From the NCBI GenBank assembly GCA_910579735.1, contig CAJTUZ010000013.1, positions 39,130-103,129 on the forward strand: a stretch of 64,000 nt of DNA, written 5' to 3'. Shown piece by piece: positions 1 to 9,435 of the stretch. The stretch is from an uncultured Lachnospiraceae bacterium. Its GTDB lineage: Bacteria; Bacillota; Clostridia; Lachnospirales; Lachnospiraceae. The position numbers were made by a program, and so were the translations under genes. Numbering within the stretch: position 1 is the first letter of the stretch; each line of letters begins with the position of its first letter. The notes under the pieces are model-generated. The model was not told where the DNA came from and ran no database searches. It saw only the letters and a list, made by a program, of their open reading frames with translations.

Positions 1-162
1 CTACCGCACTAACAAGGGCTTGCGTCAATAACTCAAAAAAGCATTTGACAAAACGTCTCATGCCAGGACTTCCGGTGCACGTAAGCCTTTCCGCGGATTT
101 CTTCGTCTGATTGCATTTTTTTGATGGTGATGTGCGAATGGGATATGATTTTATCCTTTCTG

Positions 163-1005
163 TCATTCCTTATTCCCAAACAGCTCATAATAGAAAATAT
201 ACTGCTGCAGCACTCCCTGGTATCCTGCATACAGACTATCGGGAAATCCCGTGGGATAATGTTTGTCGCAAACCTGTTTTATATGCGTATCTACCGGAAA
301 GGCTTCCAAATGATGCAGGGCGAAAAGGCAGATACAGTCAGCCACTTTTACACCTATACCGTACAGTTTCAGCAATTCTTCTTTCGCCTGCGGATACGGC
401 ATGACACGGAGCGCTTCTAAATCCACTTCTCCCGACAGGATACGCCGGGCGCTTCTTACCACATATTTACTGCGGTATCCGAGTTTACATTCCATTAGAG
501 CGTCCTCCGAAAGATGTGCCAGCGCTTCCGGCGTCGGAAAGGCATCATAGAGCACACCCGAACCGCTTTCTTTTTTCTCCCCGTACTTTTCGCAGATATT
601 TCCGATACATCTGCGGATATTGCCAATATTATTCTGCTGTGAAATCAGAAAAGTAACGATCATCTCCCACAGATCCTGCCGCAGTATCCGTATACCCGAT
701 CCGAAAGCTGCCGCACGCTTCAAATATTCGTCCCCGGCATCAATCTGTCCGGTATAGGTACCGTAGTCGGCATCCAGATCAAAATAATTTTTCCAGAATC
801 CCTCATATACCTCTTCCCGGCAGTGGAAAAAACACTCCTTTCCGTCCTGTTCTATTGTAAGATACTTATCGCCCGCAATGATACGATACACATTATCATG
901 TTCTCTCGTCATCCGAAAACACTGTCCGGACTGACAGATCTGCAGCAGATCAAAATTGACAAACTCTCTTTTCACACGCAGCATATCCATAAGATCAGCT
1001 CTCAT
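163..1005 (-). CDS. ogg: 8-oxoguanine DNA glycosylase (OGG1/AlkA, HhH-GPD family)
   Basis: N-terminal SGQCFR motif; ILRQDLWEMIVTFLISQQNNI; HhH LLKLYGIGVKVADC and FPVDTH. Start overlaps upstream stop (ATGA). Confidence 0.88.
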   Translation of the reverse strand: MRADLMDMLRVKREFVNFDLLQICQSGQCFRMTREHDNVYRIIAGDKYLTIEQDGKECFFHCREEVYEGFWKNYFDLDADYGTYTGQIDAGDEYLKRAAAFGSGIRILRQDLWEMIVTFLISQQNNIGNIRRCIGNICEKYGEKKESGSGVLYDAFPTPEALAHLSEDALMECKLGYRSKYVVRSARRILSGEVDLEALRVMPYPQAKEELLKLYGIGVKVADCICLFALHHLEAFPVDTHIKQVCDKHYPTGFPDSLYAGYQGVLQQYIFYYELFGNKE

Positions 1006-1880
1006 TCTCCTGCAAATTCCGCTTCATGTTTCTTAAAAAAATCATAGTATTTCCGTACATTCTCAAGCTGTGTCCATTTCTTGACATCCACCGGCTCCTC
1101 ATCCAAATCATATATTTTGGCTCCCCGTATGGAAAGCAGAAACGGAGAATGCGTTGCTATAATAAACTGACATCCGAAAAAACGAGCCGAATTTCCCAAA
1201 AATTCCAGAAGTTCCTGCTGCTTATCCGGTGAAAGGCTGTTCTCCGGTTCGTCTAACAGATACAATCCGTTTTCCCTGATCTTATCGGTAAAATAAAGAA
1301 AAGCGCTTTCTCCGTTGGAATGTTCACGCGTATTATCCACAAGATTTTTCCGTATAAATTTCGACTGCGTATTCCTTTTGGCCATGTGGGATTTCTTTAA
1401 CTGTTCATAATCATCTAAGGACTGCATCTGAAATCTGGAATACTTAAGCTCCATATAATCTTCAAATAATTCTTCCCGCCTGGTGTCAACGCCGTCATTG
1501 ATACTCCGCAGATTCAACATAAAATCAAACACATCATCACTTGTAATGATCCTGCTGCCATGCGGCATTTTCCCCTTTGAATTTCCTCTGCTATCCTGAT
1601 AACTGCATAGTTTTGTATAATTTTCAAAAAAATTGGAACGGTTATACAGCGTATCCCGCGTCAATCCGAGTTTCTCCGCTATGACATTCAGCGCCGTCGT
1701 TTTCCCGGAACCGTTGCCGCCATACAATATGGTGACCGGTTCAAAATCCAGCACCCGCAGAGAATGCGCGGACAAAATCAGAAACGGATAAAATGTATCA
1801 TAGCAGGTCCTTTTCTGATTCATTGTGAAATTATACTCTTCTTCCCTGTCAGGGAATTCAAAATGAGACAGATAAATCAT
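1002..1880 (-). CDS. ABC/AAA-type ATPase (COG3910-like)
   Basis: Walker A GGNGSGKT, signature-like SNGES, Walker B YLLDEPE, H-loop IIATHSP. Confidence 0.85.
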   Translation of the reverse strand: MIYLSHFEFPDREEEYNFTMNQKRTCYDTFYPFLILSAHSLRVLDFEPVTILYGGNGSGKTTALNVIAEKLGLTRDTLYNRSNFFENYTKLCSYQDSRGNSKGKMPHGSRIITSDDVFDFMLNLRSINDGVDTRREELFEDYMELKYSRFQMQSLDDYEQLKKSHMAKRNTQSKFIRKNLVDNTREHSNGESAFLYFTDKIRENGLYLLDEPENSLSPDKQQELLEFLGNSARFFGCQFIIATHSPFLLSIRGAKIYDLDEEPVDVKKWTQLENVRKYYDFFKKHEAEFAGE

Positions 1881-2062
1881 GACAATAGAATATCCTTTCC
1901 CCGCGGCAGATTAAGCTTTCCGACAGTCTCACACTATATGAGCTAAGTCTACCACATGCAATATAACGTTGTCATTATCATTTTGATGTGTTTTACATTC
2001 AAACAAAATACCTTTTTAAACAGCTGCCAGACTAGTGCAGAAACTTAGGGCTGATGTCCCCA

Positions 2063-2902
2063 TCACCCCTTTTTCTTTTTTTCCTCCACTAATTTCTCAT
2101 GATAAAAATAATTGATAAACTTTACTCCTGATCCCGCCGCATAATCAGCCAGAGACTCTTCCAGCCCCTTCCAGTAAACGCCGTTTTTTTCCACATAGAT
2201 TTCTCTGTATTTTTCGTATAATGCAGGATAATTCGTATTAATATACTCTAAAATCGTCTTTTTGTAACCGCCTCTGAGATTCAGATTTTCAAACCAATAT
2301 TCACATGTGAATTCTTTTGTCATGTCTATGATCTCAGCATACTGCGTAAGATAGGGAAAGATCGGCGACATAAATAACACCGTATAGATACCCGCCGCAT
2401 GCAGCGCCTTCAGCGCCTCTATTCTTTCTGCGATTGTACTGCCATTGTCCATATCCGCCCGGAATTTTTCATGCAAGGTATTTATGGACAAAGCTGCTTT
2501 TACATGCGGCATTTTCTGAAGCAGATCAATGTCCCGCGTGATCAGTTTCGATTTGGTAGAGATGATCACATTGCAGTCTGCATAAACAAGCTGTTCCAGT
2601 ATTTTTCTTGTGACTGCGTATTTTTCTTCAAAGGGATTATAGCAGTCTGTCACGGAAGAGAGCATAACGGTTTTTCCCTGCAGTTTCTTTAAACTGACAG
2701 GATTGTCACATTCCTTGACATCAATAAACGTTCCCCACTTTTCCTGATGTCCCGTAAATCTTTTCATAAATCTGGCATAACAATATTGACAGCCGTGCGG
2801 ACACCCAATGTAGGGATTGATCACATAGTCGCTGGCCGGCAGACTGGATTTTGTCAGATAGTCCCTGACTGTAACTTTATTGATGGTAATCTCAGCATTC
2901 AT
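2063..2902 (-). CDS. Radical SAM protein, spore-photoproduct-lyase-like ('mobile pair protein B'-like)
   Basis: INPYIGCPHGCQYCYA (CxxxCxxC) and SSVTDCY. Start moved to ATG 2902 behind a GGAGGAG SD. Confidence 0.8.
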   Translation of the reverse strand: MNAEITINKVTVRDYLTKSSLPASDYVINPYIGCPHGCQYCYARFMKRFTGHQEKWGTFIDVKECDNPVSLKKLQGKTVMLSSVTDCYNPFEEKYAVTRKILEQLVYADCNVIISTKSKLITRDIDLLQKMPHVKAALSINTLHEKFRADMDNGSTIAERIEALKALHAAGIYTVLFMSPIFPYLTQYAEIIDMTKEFTCEYWFENLNLRGGYKKTILEYINTNYPALYEKYREIYVEKNGVYWKGLEESLADYAAGSGVKFINYFYHEKLVEEKKKKG

Positions 2903-2996
2903 TGGTAAATCACTCCTCCATGAAAAATGTTGCGTAACCTTGTTTATCAACTCGTCAATTCTATTTTCCAGTAATGGGACACTTGAAAAACAGCCT

Positions 2997-4229
2997 CTAG
3001 ATTCCATCCAGTCCCAATGCATCAAACGAGGCCTCCAGGCAATTATAATATCTGGCGGAAAAAGTGATCAGCCCGATCCCCTCCTCTGTCAGATAAAAAT
3101 AGGAATCAAACGTACTAAGCGGTTCTTCCTCATCCAGATCCAGTCTGTCAATCCAGTCCTGCGCCGACTCTCCTTCCCATGCAATCAGGCTTTCAAAACT
3201 GCCGCTCTCCAAAAGGGATTTTACACTGTTGTCTCTCCCGATCACATCCTCTAAACGAAGTGCCTTACCTGTCTGCAAGTCAATGGTAATACCTGTCTCC
3301 CACTGGTTGGGATGATTCACACCACGGGTATCATTATACTCATAGATACGCATGGACAGATACCGCTCATCTTCTCTGGTGATCAAATAGGTTCTGCCGA
3401 TTGAAGTATATTCTTTTTGAGCGGGGAGCAGCGTCTCCTCTCCATCCGTATAATATCCGTAAAAAAATGCTTTTTTCAACACTTCATTAATCCGCTTCTC
3501 CACTGCCTCATCCGATAACCAAATCTGCGGATATTCGATCACAATATCAATATCCATCCTTTCATCCTGATAAGTATAAAGATAAGGCTGCACATAATAA
3601 TCATAATCTGTTTCGGTATCCGCAAAAGGAACGAATTTCCAATCATCACGCTCTACCGGTCCGCCTTCCCCATAATAATGAACGGCCCCCGAAAGGTCTT
3701 CTTTCTGTGCGATCTGAACTTTATATTCATAATTCTTCTGCAGATTGATCACATATTCCGAATCTTCATCCAGTTCCCAAAAATAAACTCCGGAAAAAAC
3801 CGGTTCATACCGTCCCTCAAAAGTATACCAGCCGGAATCTTCTTCTACCGTATAAGCAATATACTCGCTCCAGAACACATCTGTTCCTTCCAACAATATA
3901 TCACAGAAAAATGTTCCATCCAGTTCTTCTATCGGCCCGAAATACGCCTGATAGCTTTCTTCGATCCCGTAAGTGCGAAACCCTTCCTGTATATACAGCG
4001 CCATCTGTTCATAGACGTCCGTCTGTTCCGCGGAAAGTTTGGAAGCATTATGTATTTGCTCCTCTTCTGCTCCGCCTATTTCTTCTTCCGCCTGCTCCCG
4101 ACCTGCCAAGCGGTCTGCCTCCATTTCATCCGGCCTGTTTGCTCTACGGCCGCAGCCCGACAGCATCAAACAAAAAAGGAAACCGAATATAAACCGCCTG
4201 AAACTTTTCTTTTCCCTAACGCGCCTCAT
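2997..4229 (-). CDS. Acidic lipoprotein, C-terminus resembling the DUF3298/DUF4163 (RsiV/PdaC-like) fold
   Basis: Basic N-terminus, hydrophobic stretch, lipobox LSGC; GITIDLQTGKALRLEDV and FYLTEEGI. ATG 4229 overlaps the padR stop. Confidence 0.65.
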   Translation of the reverse strand: MRRVREKKSFRRFIFGFLFCLMLSGCGRRANRPDEMEADRLAGREQAEEEIGGAEEEQIHNASKLSAEQTDVYEQMALYIQEGFRTYGIEESYQAYFGPIEELDGTFFCDILLEGTDVFWSEYIAYTVEEDSGWYTFEGRYEPVFSGVYFWELDEDSEYVINLQKNYEYKVQIAQKEDLSGAVHYYGEGGPVERDDWKFVPFADTETDYDYYVQPYLYTYQDERMDIDIVIEYPQIWLSDEAVEKRINEVLKKAFFYGYYTDGEETLLPAQKEYTSIGRTYLITREDERYLSMRIYEYNDTRGVNHPNQWETGITIDLQTGKALRLEDVIGRDNSVKSLLESGSFESLIAWEGESAQDWIDRLDLDEEEPLSTFDSYFYLTEEGIGLITFSARYYNCLEASFDALGLDGI

Positions 4230-4786
4230 CCCTTTCCCTCCCCCTGCAGATCTTTCAACTCTTTCACCGCTTCCTGACACCATTCCAGATAGGCCTGATA
4301 CGTTTTGATACCGAAATCTGCCGTCAGAAGATAATACCGGTGTGCCGGGTCTTCCAGTTTTACTTTTTGCAGAGTTTCCGCGGCCGCCAGAAGATTCTGC
4401 AATTCCTCCTGCGTCTTTTGCCGGAATGCTTCAATATGCTGCAGAGCCTCTGATACGCCCGCCTCCGCCCCGAAAAACAGTTTTAAAAGCGTCTCATAAC
4501 GCAGTTCGTCTTTTTCTACCGGAAGAGTCAGCCAGTTTCGCAGATATTCCCGTCCGCTCTCCGTGATCGTATAGATGATCTTATTTTGGTTATTCTGTGT
4601 TTCGTCCCTTTTTTGGGCAAATCCCCTATTGACCAATTCGGTTAATGTCGGATAAATACTGCCGTAACTTGCTCCCCAGAAATAACGCAGCGCCGTATCC
4701 ATCCGTTTTTTGATCTCATACCCAGTCAGTTCCTCGTGATTTAACAGACCCAAGATGACACAGTCAAGTTTTTTCTCCGTCGCCAT
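4226..4786 (-). CDS. PadR-family transcriptional regulator with C-terminal helical (AphA-type) domain
   Basis: ILGLL..TGYEIKK..FWGASYGSIYPTL..IYTITESGRE, LLKLFF. Confidence 0.9.
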   Translation of the reverse strand: MATEKKLDCVILGLLNHEELTGYEIKKRMDTALRYFWGASYGSIYPTLTELVNRGFAQKRDETQNNQNKIIYTITESGREYLRNWLTLPVEKDELRYETLLKLFFGAEAGVSEALQHIEAFRQKTQEELQNLLAAAETLQKVKLEDPAHRYYLLTADFGIKTYQAYLEWCQEAVKELKDLQGEGKG

Positions 4787-5519
4787 GGTTTTGACTCCTC
4801 ATTCCATAACCTAATATATGATGCGGACAGCCGTCGATACAGCTCCCGCACTGAATACATTCCGCGTTTCCAATGTGACCCGCCTGCACCATTTCCTGCA
4901 CCGGCAGGCTCATGGGACATTCTTTACTGCATTTCCCACATGAAACGCACTGCGCCTTATCCCGGACCTGTATATGCAGTCCCGGCAGATGCAGGATACC
5001 GCGCAGTTTCATGCCAAGTGCCATGAAAGGCGCCATCCAGCAAAAATAATGGCAAAACGCCCGTTTCCCAAATAGAAGAGCCGGAATCAGAATGAGGCAC
5101 AGGATACCGTAATAGATCACGTAACTTTGAATGGACGAGACTGATATCCCGTGTTCCGTTTCAAAGAAAAAGTCTGCTTCCAGCGTTTCTTTACCATGAA
5201 AATAGCAGTAAATGACTCCCGCAAGCCAGATGACCCAGATCACATATTTTATCACATTGCCAAATCGATGTCCCGGTCTCCCATCATTTACTGAAAACGC
5301 ACATTCCTGCAGGGCGCCTGCCGGACAAAACCAGGCGCAGAACACTCTGCCAAACGGAATTGATAAAACAAATTGTACCATAAAAACAAAAAAGCTGCCA
5401 TTGATAATTCCCTGTAATCCCGCACTTATGATCAAAGCAGGACTAAAATAATACAGTGTTACGGGAAAAAATAGTAACGACATGATCAAAATACCTTTTC
5501 TTATCTTCTGTCTTTTCAT
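4764..5519 (-). CDS. Membrane-bound 4Fe-4S binding protein (NapH/polyferredoxin-like)
   Basis: TM helices, CAWFCPAG, CHYFCW and two CxxCxxCxxxCP motifs. Confidence 0.85.
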   Translation of the reverse strand: MKRQKIRKGILIMSLLFFPVTLYYFSPALIISAGLQGIINGSFFVFMVQFVLSIPFGRVFCAWFCPAGALQECAFSVNDGRPGHRFGNVIKYVIWVIWLAGVIYCYFHGKETLEADFFFETEHGISVSSIQSYVIYYGILCLILIPALLFGKRAFCHYFCWMAPFMALGMKLRGILHLPGLHIQVRDKAQCVSCGKCSKECPMSLPVQEMVQAGHIGNAECIQCGSCIDGCPHHILGYGMRSQNHGDGEKT

Positions 5520-5551
5520 TGTTTTCCTCCATATATTAGTGTGGTATATGT

Positions 5552-5580
5552 ATTATATATCATACTGATATATTGTGCAA
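5552..5580 (-). promoter_or_regulatory. Sigma-A promoter with palindromic operator (probably PadR)
   Basis: TTGCAC-17bp-TATAAT; perfect inverted repeat ATATATCA-tac-TGATATAT at 5555-5573 in the spacer/-10. Confidence 0.7.
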
Positions 5581-6035
5581 GTAAAAAAGCGGTTCAGCCT
5601 GCTTTGGCTGAACCGGCGTCTCTTTATCTTCGGATCGGATGCCGCTTTCACGGCCCGGGCAAATTCTTCTTCTGTCACAAATTCCGGCAGACGGATGAGC
5701 GATATCCAGTGAAACGCGGACTTATCTATAGCGTGTCCCTCATGATCATTCTTATCTGCGGGCCGTCCTTTTTTCTCCTGCCACCAGAAACCCTCTAACG
5801 GCGGAACCACATACTCATAAAATCCGGGGATCTTATGCGTCCCCTTATAGCTCATTTTGATCGTATAGGATACTGCATATAATACGGCGATCGCTTTTTG
5901 ATACGCGCCGTCTTCTTCATTGGGATCTCCCTGTCCCCGCACGGCTGCATAAGATATCTTCGGCACTTTTACGATAACAGGCTCTTTTCCCGTTCCGTAA
6001 AGATCTTTATATTCTTTTTTAAAATCAAAAGGCAT
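5553..6035 (-). pseudogene. GyrI-like small-molecule-binding protein, C-terminally truncated
   Basis: DFKKEYKDLY..RGQGDPN..VPPLEGFWW..IRLPEFVT is typical of the family, but the frame runs through a terminator and promoter and lacks the usual H-x-G-x-Y..HHEIY C-terminal part. Confidence 0.65.
5583..5617 (-). terminator. Rho-independent terminator
   Basis: CGGTTCAGCC-aaagca-GGCTGAACCG then C and T6 on the minus strand. Confidence 0.75.
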
Positions 6036-6066
6036 CCTCTTCTCCTTTCTTACTGTCCGGCATTTT

Positions 6067-6447
6067 TCAGACGCCTCGTTTTCCGGTTTCAATAAACTCC
6101 ATCAATTCTTCCACATTGTCGAACGTATCATAATCCCCGCTGATTCCTTCTCTGTGATAAACCACGCCGTTTTGTTCATTCCGCTCCAGACAGTCCAACA
6201 GATGCTCCACACCGTATTGTCGGGCGAAGAGCGTAAACACATACGGCTTTATCTTTTGCAGTAATCCCTTCCTGCAAACCTCCTTACATGCAAAACAATG
6301 CGCTATCTCCTTTTCCATGGAGCATTTGCGGTTTTCACACCACTCCTTGTCATGACAGTTATCCGCACCACAGCCGCCACAGTTTTCATTTTCCGCACAC
6401 AGACAGCACGCCAGTCCGCATCTGGCAATTCCCAGTTCTCTTTTCAT
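6067..6447 (-). CDS. Cys-rich DUF3795-family protein
   Basis: ARCGLACCLC..CGGC..C..C..C..HCFAC. Start ATG 6447 behind an AAGGAAGG SD. Confidence 0.75.
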   Translation of the reverse strand: MKRELGIARCGLACCLCAENENCGGCGADNCHDKEWCENRKCSMEKEIAHCFACKEVCRKGLLQKIKPYVFTLFARQYGVEHLLDCLERNEQNGVVYHREGISGDYDTFDNVEELMEFIETGKRGV

Positions 6448-6481
6448 CCGTATCGTTCCTTCCTTTCTGCGTTCTTCCTTC

Positions 6482-6520
6482 ATTGTAGCGCACCATATAC
6501 GACATCTATATGTCATATAT
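6482..6520 (-). promoter_or_regulatory. Putative WYL-regulator operator plus -10 element
   Basis: ATATATGACA-N6-TGTCGTATAT inverted repeat (1 mismatch) at 6495-6520, then TACAAT at 6487-6482. Confidence 0.6.
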
Positions 6521-7439
6521 CATGATATAAATTTAGAATCTTTTCAGCCTGTGCGGCAATCCTCTCTCTGACAGACAACGGTGATAATACTTCCACCGTG
6601 TCTCCTAAGGATAACAGAATCCCGATCCACCACTGTTCATCCTCTACGATGGACAGACGCATGATAACGCTCCTATCAGCCATCTGCTCCTCTACCTGTC
6701 CGTGCAGATATTCTTTCAGGCGGTATACCGCTTCCGGTCTGCACTTTATTTTCAGTTCCGTCTTCACACGCTTATAATATATTTCACTGCGCAGCTGATG
6801 TTCCTGTAAAACCGCGTCAGCCGCAGGATGTTCCTTTGAAAAGGCCCTGTCCGACAGTTCCAGATTCTCCATCCGGACCAGTTTATACATTCTGTAATCC
6901 TGTTTTTCCACACAATAAGCCAGAAGATACCAGGCATACCACTGATACATCACCGCAATCGGCTCCGTCGTATGCCGCCCCGCCTGGCCGTTATGATTGG
7001 TATAACCAAAACAGACGGTTATTCTTTCCCGAACTGCTCTTTGCAGATCTGCGAGCAGTTTTTCATCACCCTCTCTCAAAACGGAAAAGTCCAGTATCAA
7101 TCCTGTCTGCGCACCATTTGATAAAGCGGAGAACTTCTCGTACGTATCCGCTAATCCTGCATTTCCCGAAACGGATGTCAGACCTTTTAACGCCGTCAGA
7201 ATATAAGCTGATTCATCCTGTGAGATCAATTGATGATTCAGTGTAAAGCGTTCCTCTATTTTGTATCCGCCGTTTGTACCGTTTAATGCAATAACCGGAA
7301 TACCCGCCACACATAGGGAATCGATATCTCTTTGTATCGTGCGGACGGATACTTCGAAATGCCTCGCCAGTTCCGAGGCGGACGCTTTCCCGTGATTCAT
7401 CAGATAAATGGTAAGAGCATACAGTCTGTCTGTGCGCAT
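6513..7439 (-). CDS. YafY-family HTH-WYL-WCX transcriptional regulator
   Basis: ASELARHFEVSVRTIQRDI HTH; AWYLLAYC..DYRMYKLVRM WYL domain. Confidence 0.92.
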   Translation of the reverse strand: MRTDRLYALTIYLMNHGKASASELARHFEVSVRTIQRDIDSLCVAGIPVIALNGTNGGYKIEERFTLNHQLISQDESAYILTALKGLTSVSGNAGLADTYEKFSALSNGAQTGLILDFSVLREGDEKLLADLQRAVRERITVCFGYTNHNGQAGRHTTEPIAVMYQWYAWYLLAYCVEKQDYRMYKLVRMENLELSDRAFSKEHPAADAVLQEHQLRSEIYYKRVKTELKIKCRPEAVYRLKEYLHGQVEEQMADRSVIMRLSIVEDEQWWIGILLSLGDTVEVLSPLSVRERIAAQAEKILNLYHDI

Positions 7440-7466
7440 AAGGTTTTCTCCTTTTTATCAGATCCG

Positions 7467-7883
7467 CTACTTATTTAAAATTGACATAACGCTTCCGACC
7501 TTGTTCTGCACAAATCCCAGTTTCTCATAATAAGAAATAAGCGGCTCATTTTCCGCGACCAGAAACAAATACAGATAATCTTTATATTTTTCTTTGACCA
7601 TATTAGTCAACTCTTTGCCGATACCGCATTTCTGATAAGCCGGATTGATCAGCAGATAATGCACATATGCCGTCAACTCGCCGTCGTCGAGCGCATTGAT
7701 AAGTCCTGCCAGTTTCTCTCCGTCCCATGCGGTAATCAGCGTTTCGCAGTTATGCAATGCCTTCCATAAGCGCTCCGGATAGTTACCCGAAAGCCAGCCT
7801 ACCGATAGAAACAGTTCTTCTAACTGCGCCTGCGTGAAATTTCTGTCGTTTGTGTAAGTAATGTTTGGTGTCCGGTTGTTCAT
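7467..7883 (-). CDS. GNAT N-acetyltransferase
   Basis: LLINPAYQKCGIGKEL motif A; YYEKLGF. Confidence 0.88.
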   Translation of the reverse strand: MNNRTPNITYTNDRNFTQAQLEELFLSVGWLSGNYPERLWKALHNCETLITAWDGEKLAGLINALDDGELTAYVHYLLINPAYQKCGIGKELTNMVKEKYKDYLYLFLVAENEPLISYYEKLGFVQNKVGSVMSILNK

Positions 7884-7950
7884 TGCTTTTATACCATACC
7901 TTTCTCTTCTTTAAATGTCCGTATCCGTTCATGGCCTGTTCCTTACAGCC

Positions 7951-8385
7951 TTACAGATATCCTCTTCTTCGCGCCTCCTCCAGCAACTTCGGCTGGATTT
8001 GCGGATATGTCCAGTTATCTGCCAAATGATCCGTAATCAAAATACTTTCTATCTCACTGTGCAACGGTTCAAAAGAAAATATCTCGGCGATAAAGAGCAT
8101 ACCGAAACTTTCATCATCCTCATTTTCATTGATCCTTGTTTTTCCTTTAACGGAATATACACAGACCGGTTTTATCGTAAAATCTACCGCGCCTGTTTCC
8201 TCCTGCAGCTCCCGCCTGGCCGTGGCAGTGATGTCCTCACCGCTTTCCCTGTGCCCGCCGGGTATTTCATAGGTATTTCTTTCCCTGTGTCTGCAAAATA
8301 CCCATTTGCCGTCCGTTTTGGAAATAATGACCGCAAATTGCAGGAATGCATCATCCACCTCGTCATAAAACTTCACTTCTATCAT
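7951..8385 (-). CDS. NUDIX hydrolase
   Basis: Nudix box GGHRESGEDITATARRELQEETG. ATG 8385 behind GGAGG overlaps the upstream stop. Confidence 0.88.
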   Translation of the reverse strand: MIEVKFYDEVDDAFLQFAVIISKTDGKWVFCRHRERNTYEIPGGHRESGEDITATARRELQEETGAVDFTIKPVCVYSVKGKTRINENEDDESFGMLFIAEIFSFEPLHSEIESILITDHLADNWTYPQIQPKLLEEARRRGYL

Positions 8386-9290
8386 TTTATACCGGCCTCC
8401 TTCTGAGGATGACATTCCGTTTCTCTCCGTATCATGTCTATGTAATAATCGAGCAGACTGTAAATCCATTCGTTTAACTCGGAAAAATGGTATCCTAACT
8501 GTCTCGCCCGCTCCGTATGGATGCTGTAGGCCGGCGTCCCGTTATACGGCGCCTCTTCTCCCTCACTATCGATCACTGCCGCATAGCCCGTTTTCTTTTC
8601 CACATATTCCAGAATCTGCCGTATGGAAATGGTACCGCCGTTACTGCCGTTTAACGCTCCCCGATAATCCTTGTCCGCTAAAAAGGCCAGAAATTTACCG
8701 GCCTCATCCGAACGGATAAATCCCATTGGCGCATCCGCATTATCAATATTCATTGGCACGTTTTTCATTGCATGCTCGATATAAAATTTTAATCTTTTGG
8801 TGTAATCATCCTCTCCAATCACAAACGGATAGCGGACGGCAATCCAGTTCTTATCCGCGTACTTCTGCCACAGGGCGCATTCCGCCTGTCTTTTTACCAC
8901 ATCATAGGGATGATCGGCCCTGCCGCACCACTCCAGAGTTTTATGGACCGCGTCAAAATCTTCTTCCTTCGTATCCATATGCTTCGGATCATATACAGCC
9001 GTCGTGGACATATAGATATATTTGTTAAAATCAAGCGTTTCCATGGCGCTCTTTATGTCATTGGAAGCATAGGCAATATTATCAAATACCACATCAAAAT
9101 GCAGTCCGGCAAATGCCCTTTTCATACTTTCGATATCTGTCCGTTCTACGCGTATCCGTTTCACGCGCTCTCCAAACGGATACGCGGCATTGCCCCTTGT
9201 AGCGATCGTCACATCATGCCCAAGTGCGAGCAGCTCCTTTACCATATGGATACCGAAAAAACGCGTACCTCCTATCACTAAAATATTCAT
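8382..9290 (-). CDS. NAD-dependent epimerase/dehydratase family protein
   Basis: ILVIGGTRFFG Rossmann motif; STTAVY; YxxxK (YDVVK). Confidence 0.85.
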   Translation of the reverse strand: MNILVIGGTRFFGIHMVKELLALGHDVTIATRGNAAYPFGERVKRIRVERTDIESMKRAFAGLHFDVVFDNIAYASNDIKSAMETLDFNKYIYMSTTAVYDPKHMDTKEEDFDAVHKTLEWCGRADHPYDVVKRQAECALWQKYADKNWIAVRYPFVIGEDDYTKRLKFYIEHAMKNVPMNIDNADAPMGFIRSDEAGKFLAFLADKDYRGALNGSNGGTISIRQILEYVEKKTGYAAVIDSEGEEAPYNGTPAYSIHTERARQLGYHFSELNEWIYSLLDYYIDMIRRETECHPQKEAGIK

Positions 9291-9400
9291 ATATAACGTT
9301 CCTCCCTTTTCTCATTTATCCGGCCTGCATCTTTTTTTATCAGGCTTGGCGCTATGAAAATTCCTGACTTTTATTATAAGTACAGTTACTTCTAAAAGTC

Positions 9401-9427
9401 AACAACCCCCGCAGCAAACCGCGGGGG
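9401..9427 (-). terminator. Probable terminator after the EFR1 gene
   Basis: CCCCCGC/GCGGGGG stem followed by a T-rich tract on the minus strand. Confidence 0.55.
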
Positions 9428-9435
9428 CAGATTAA

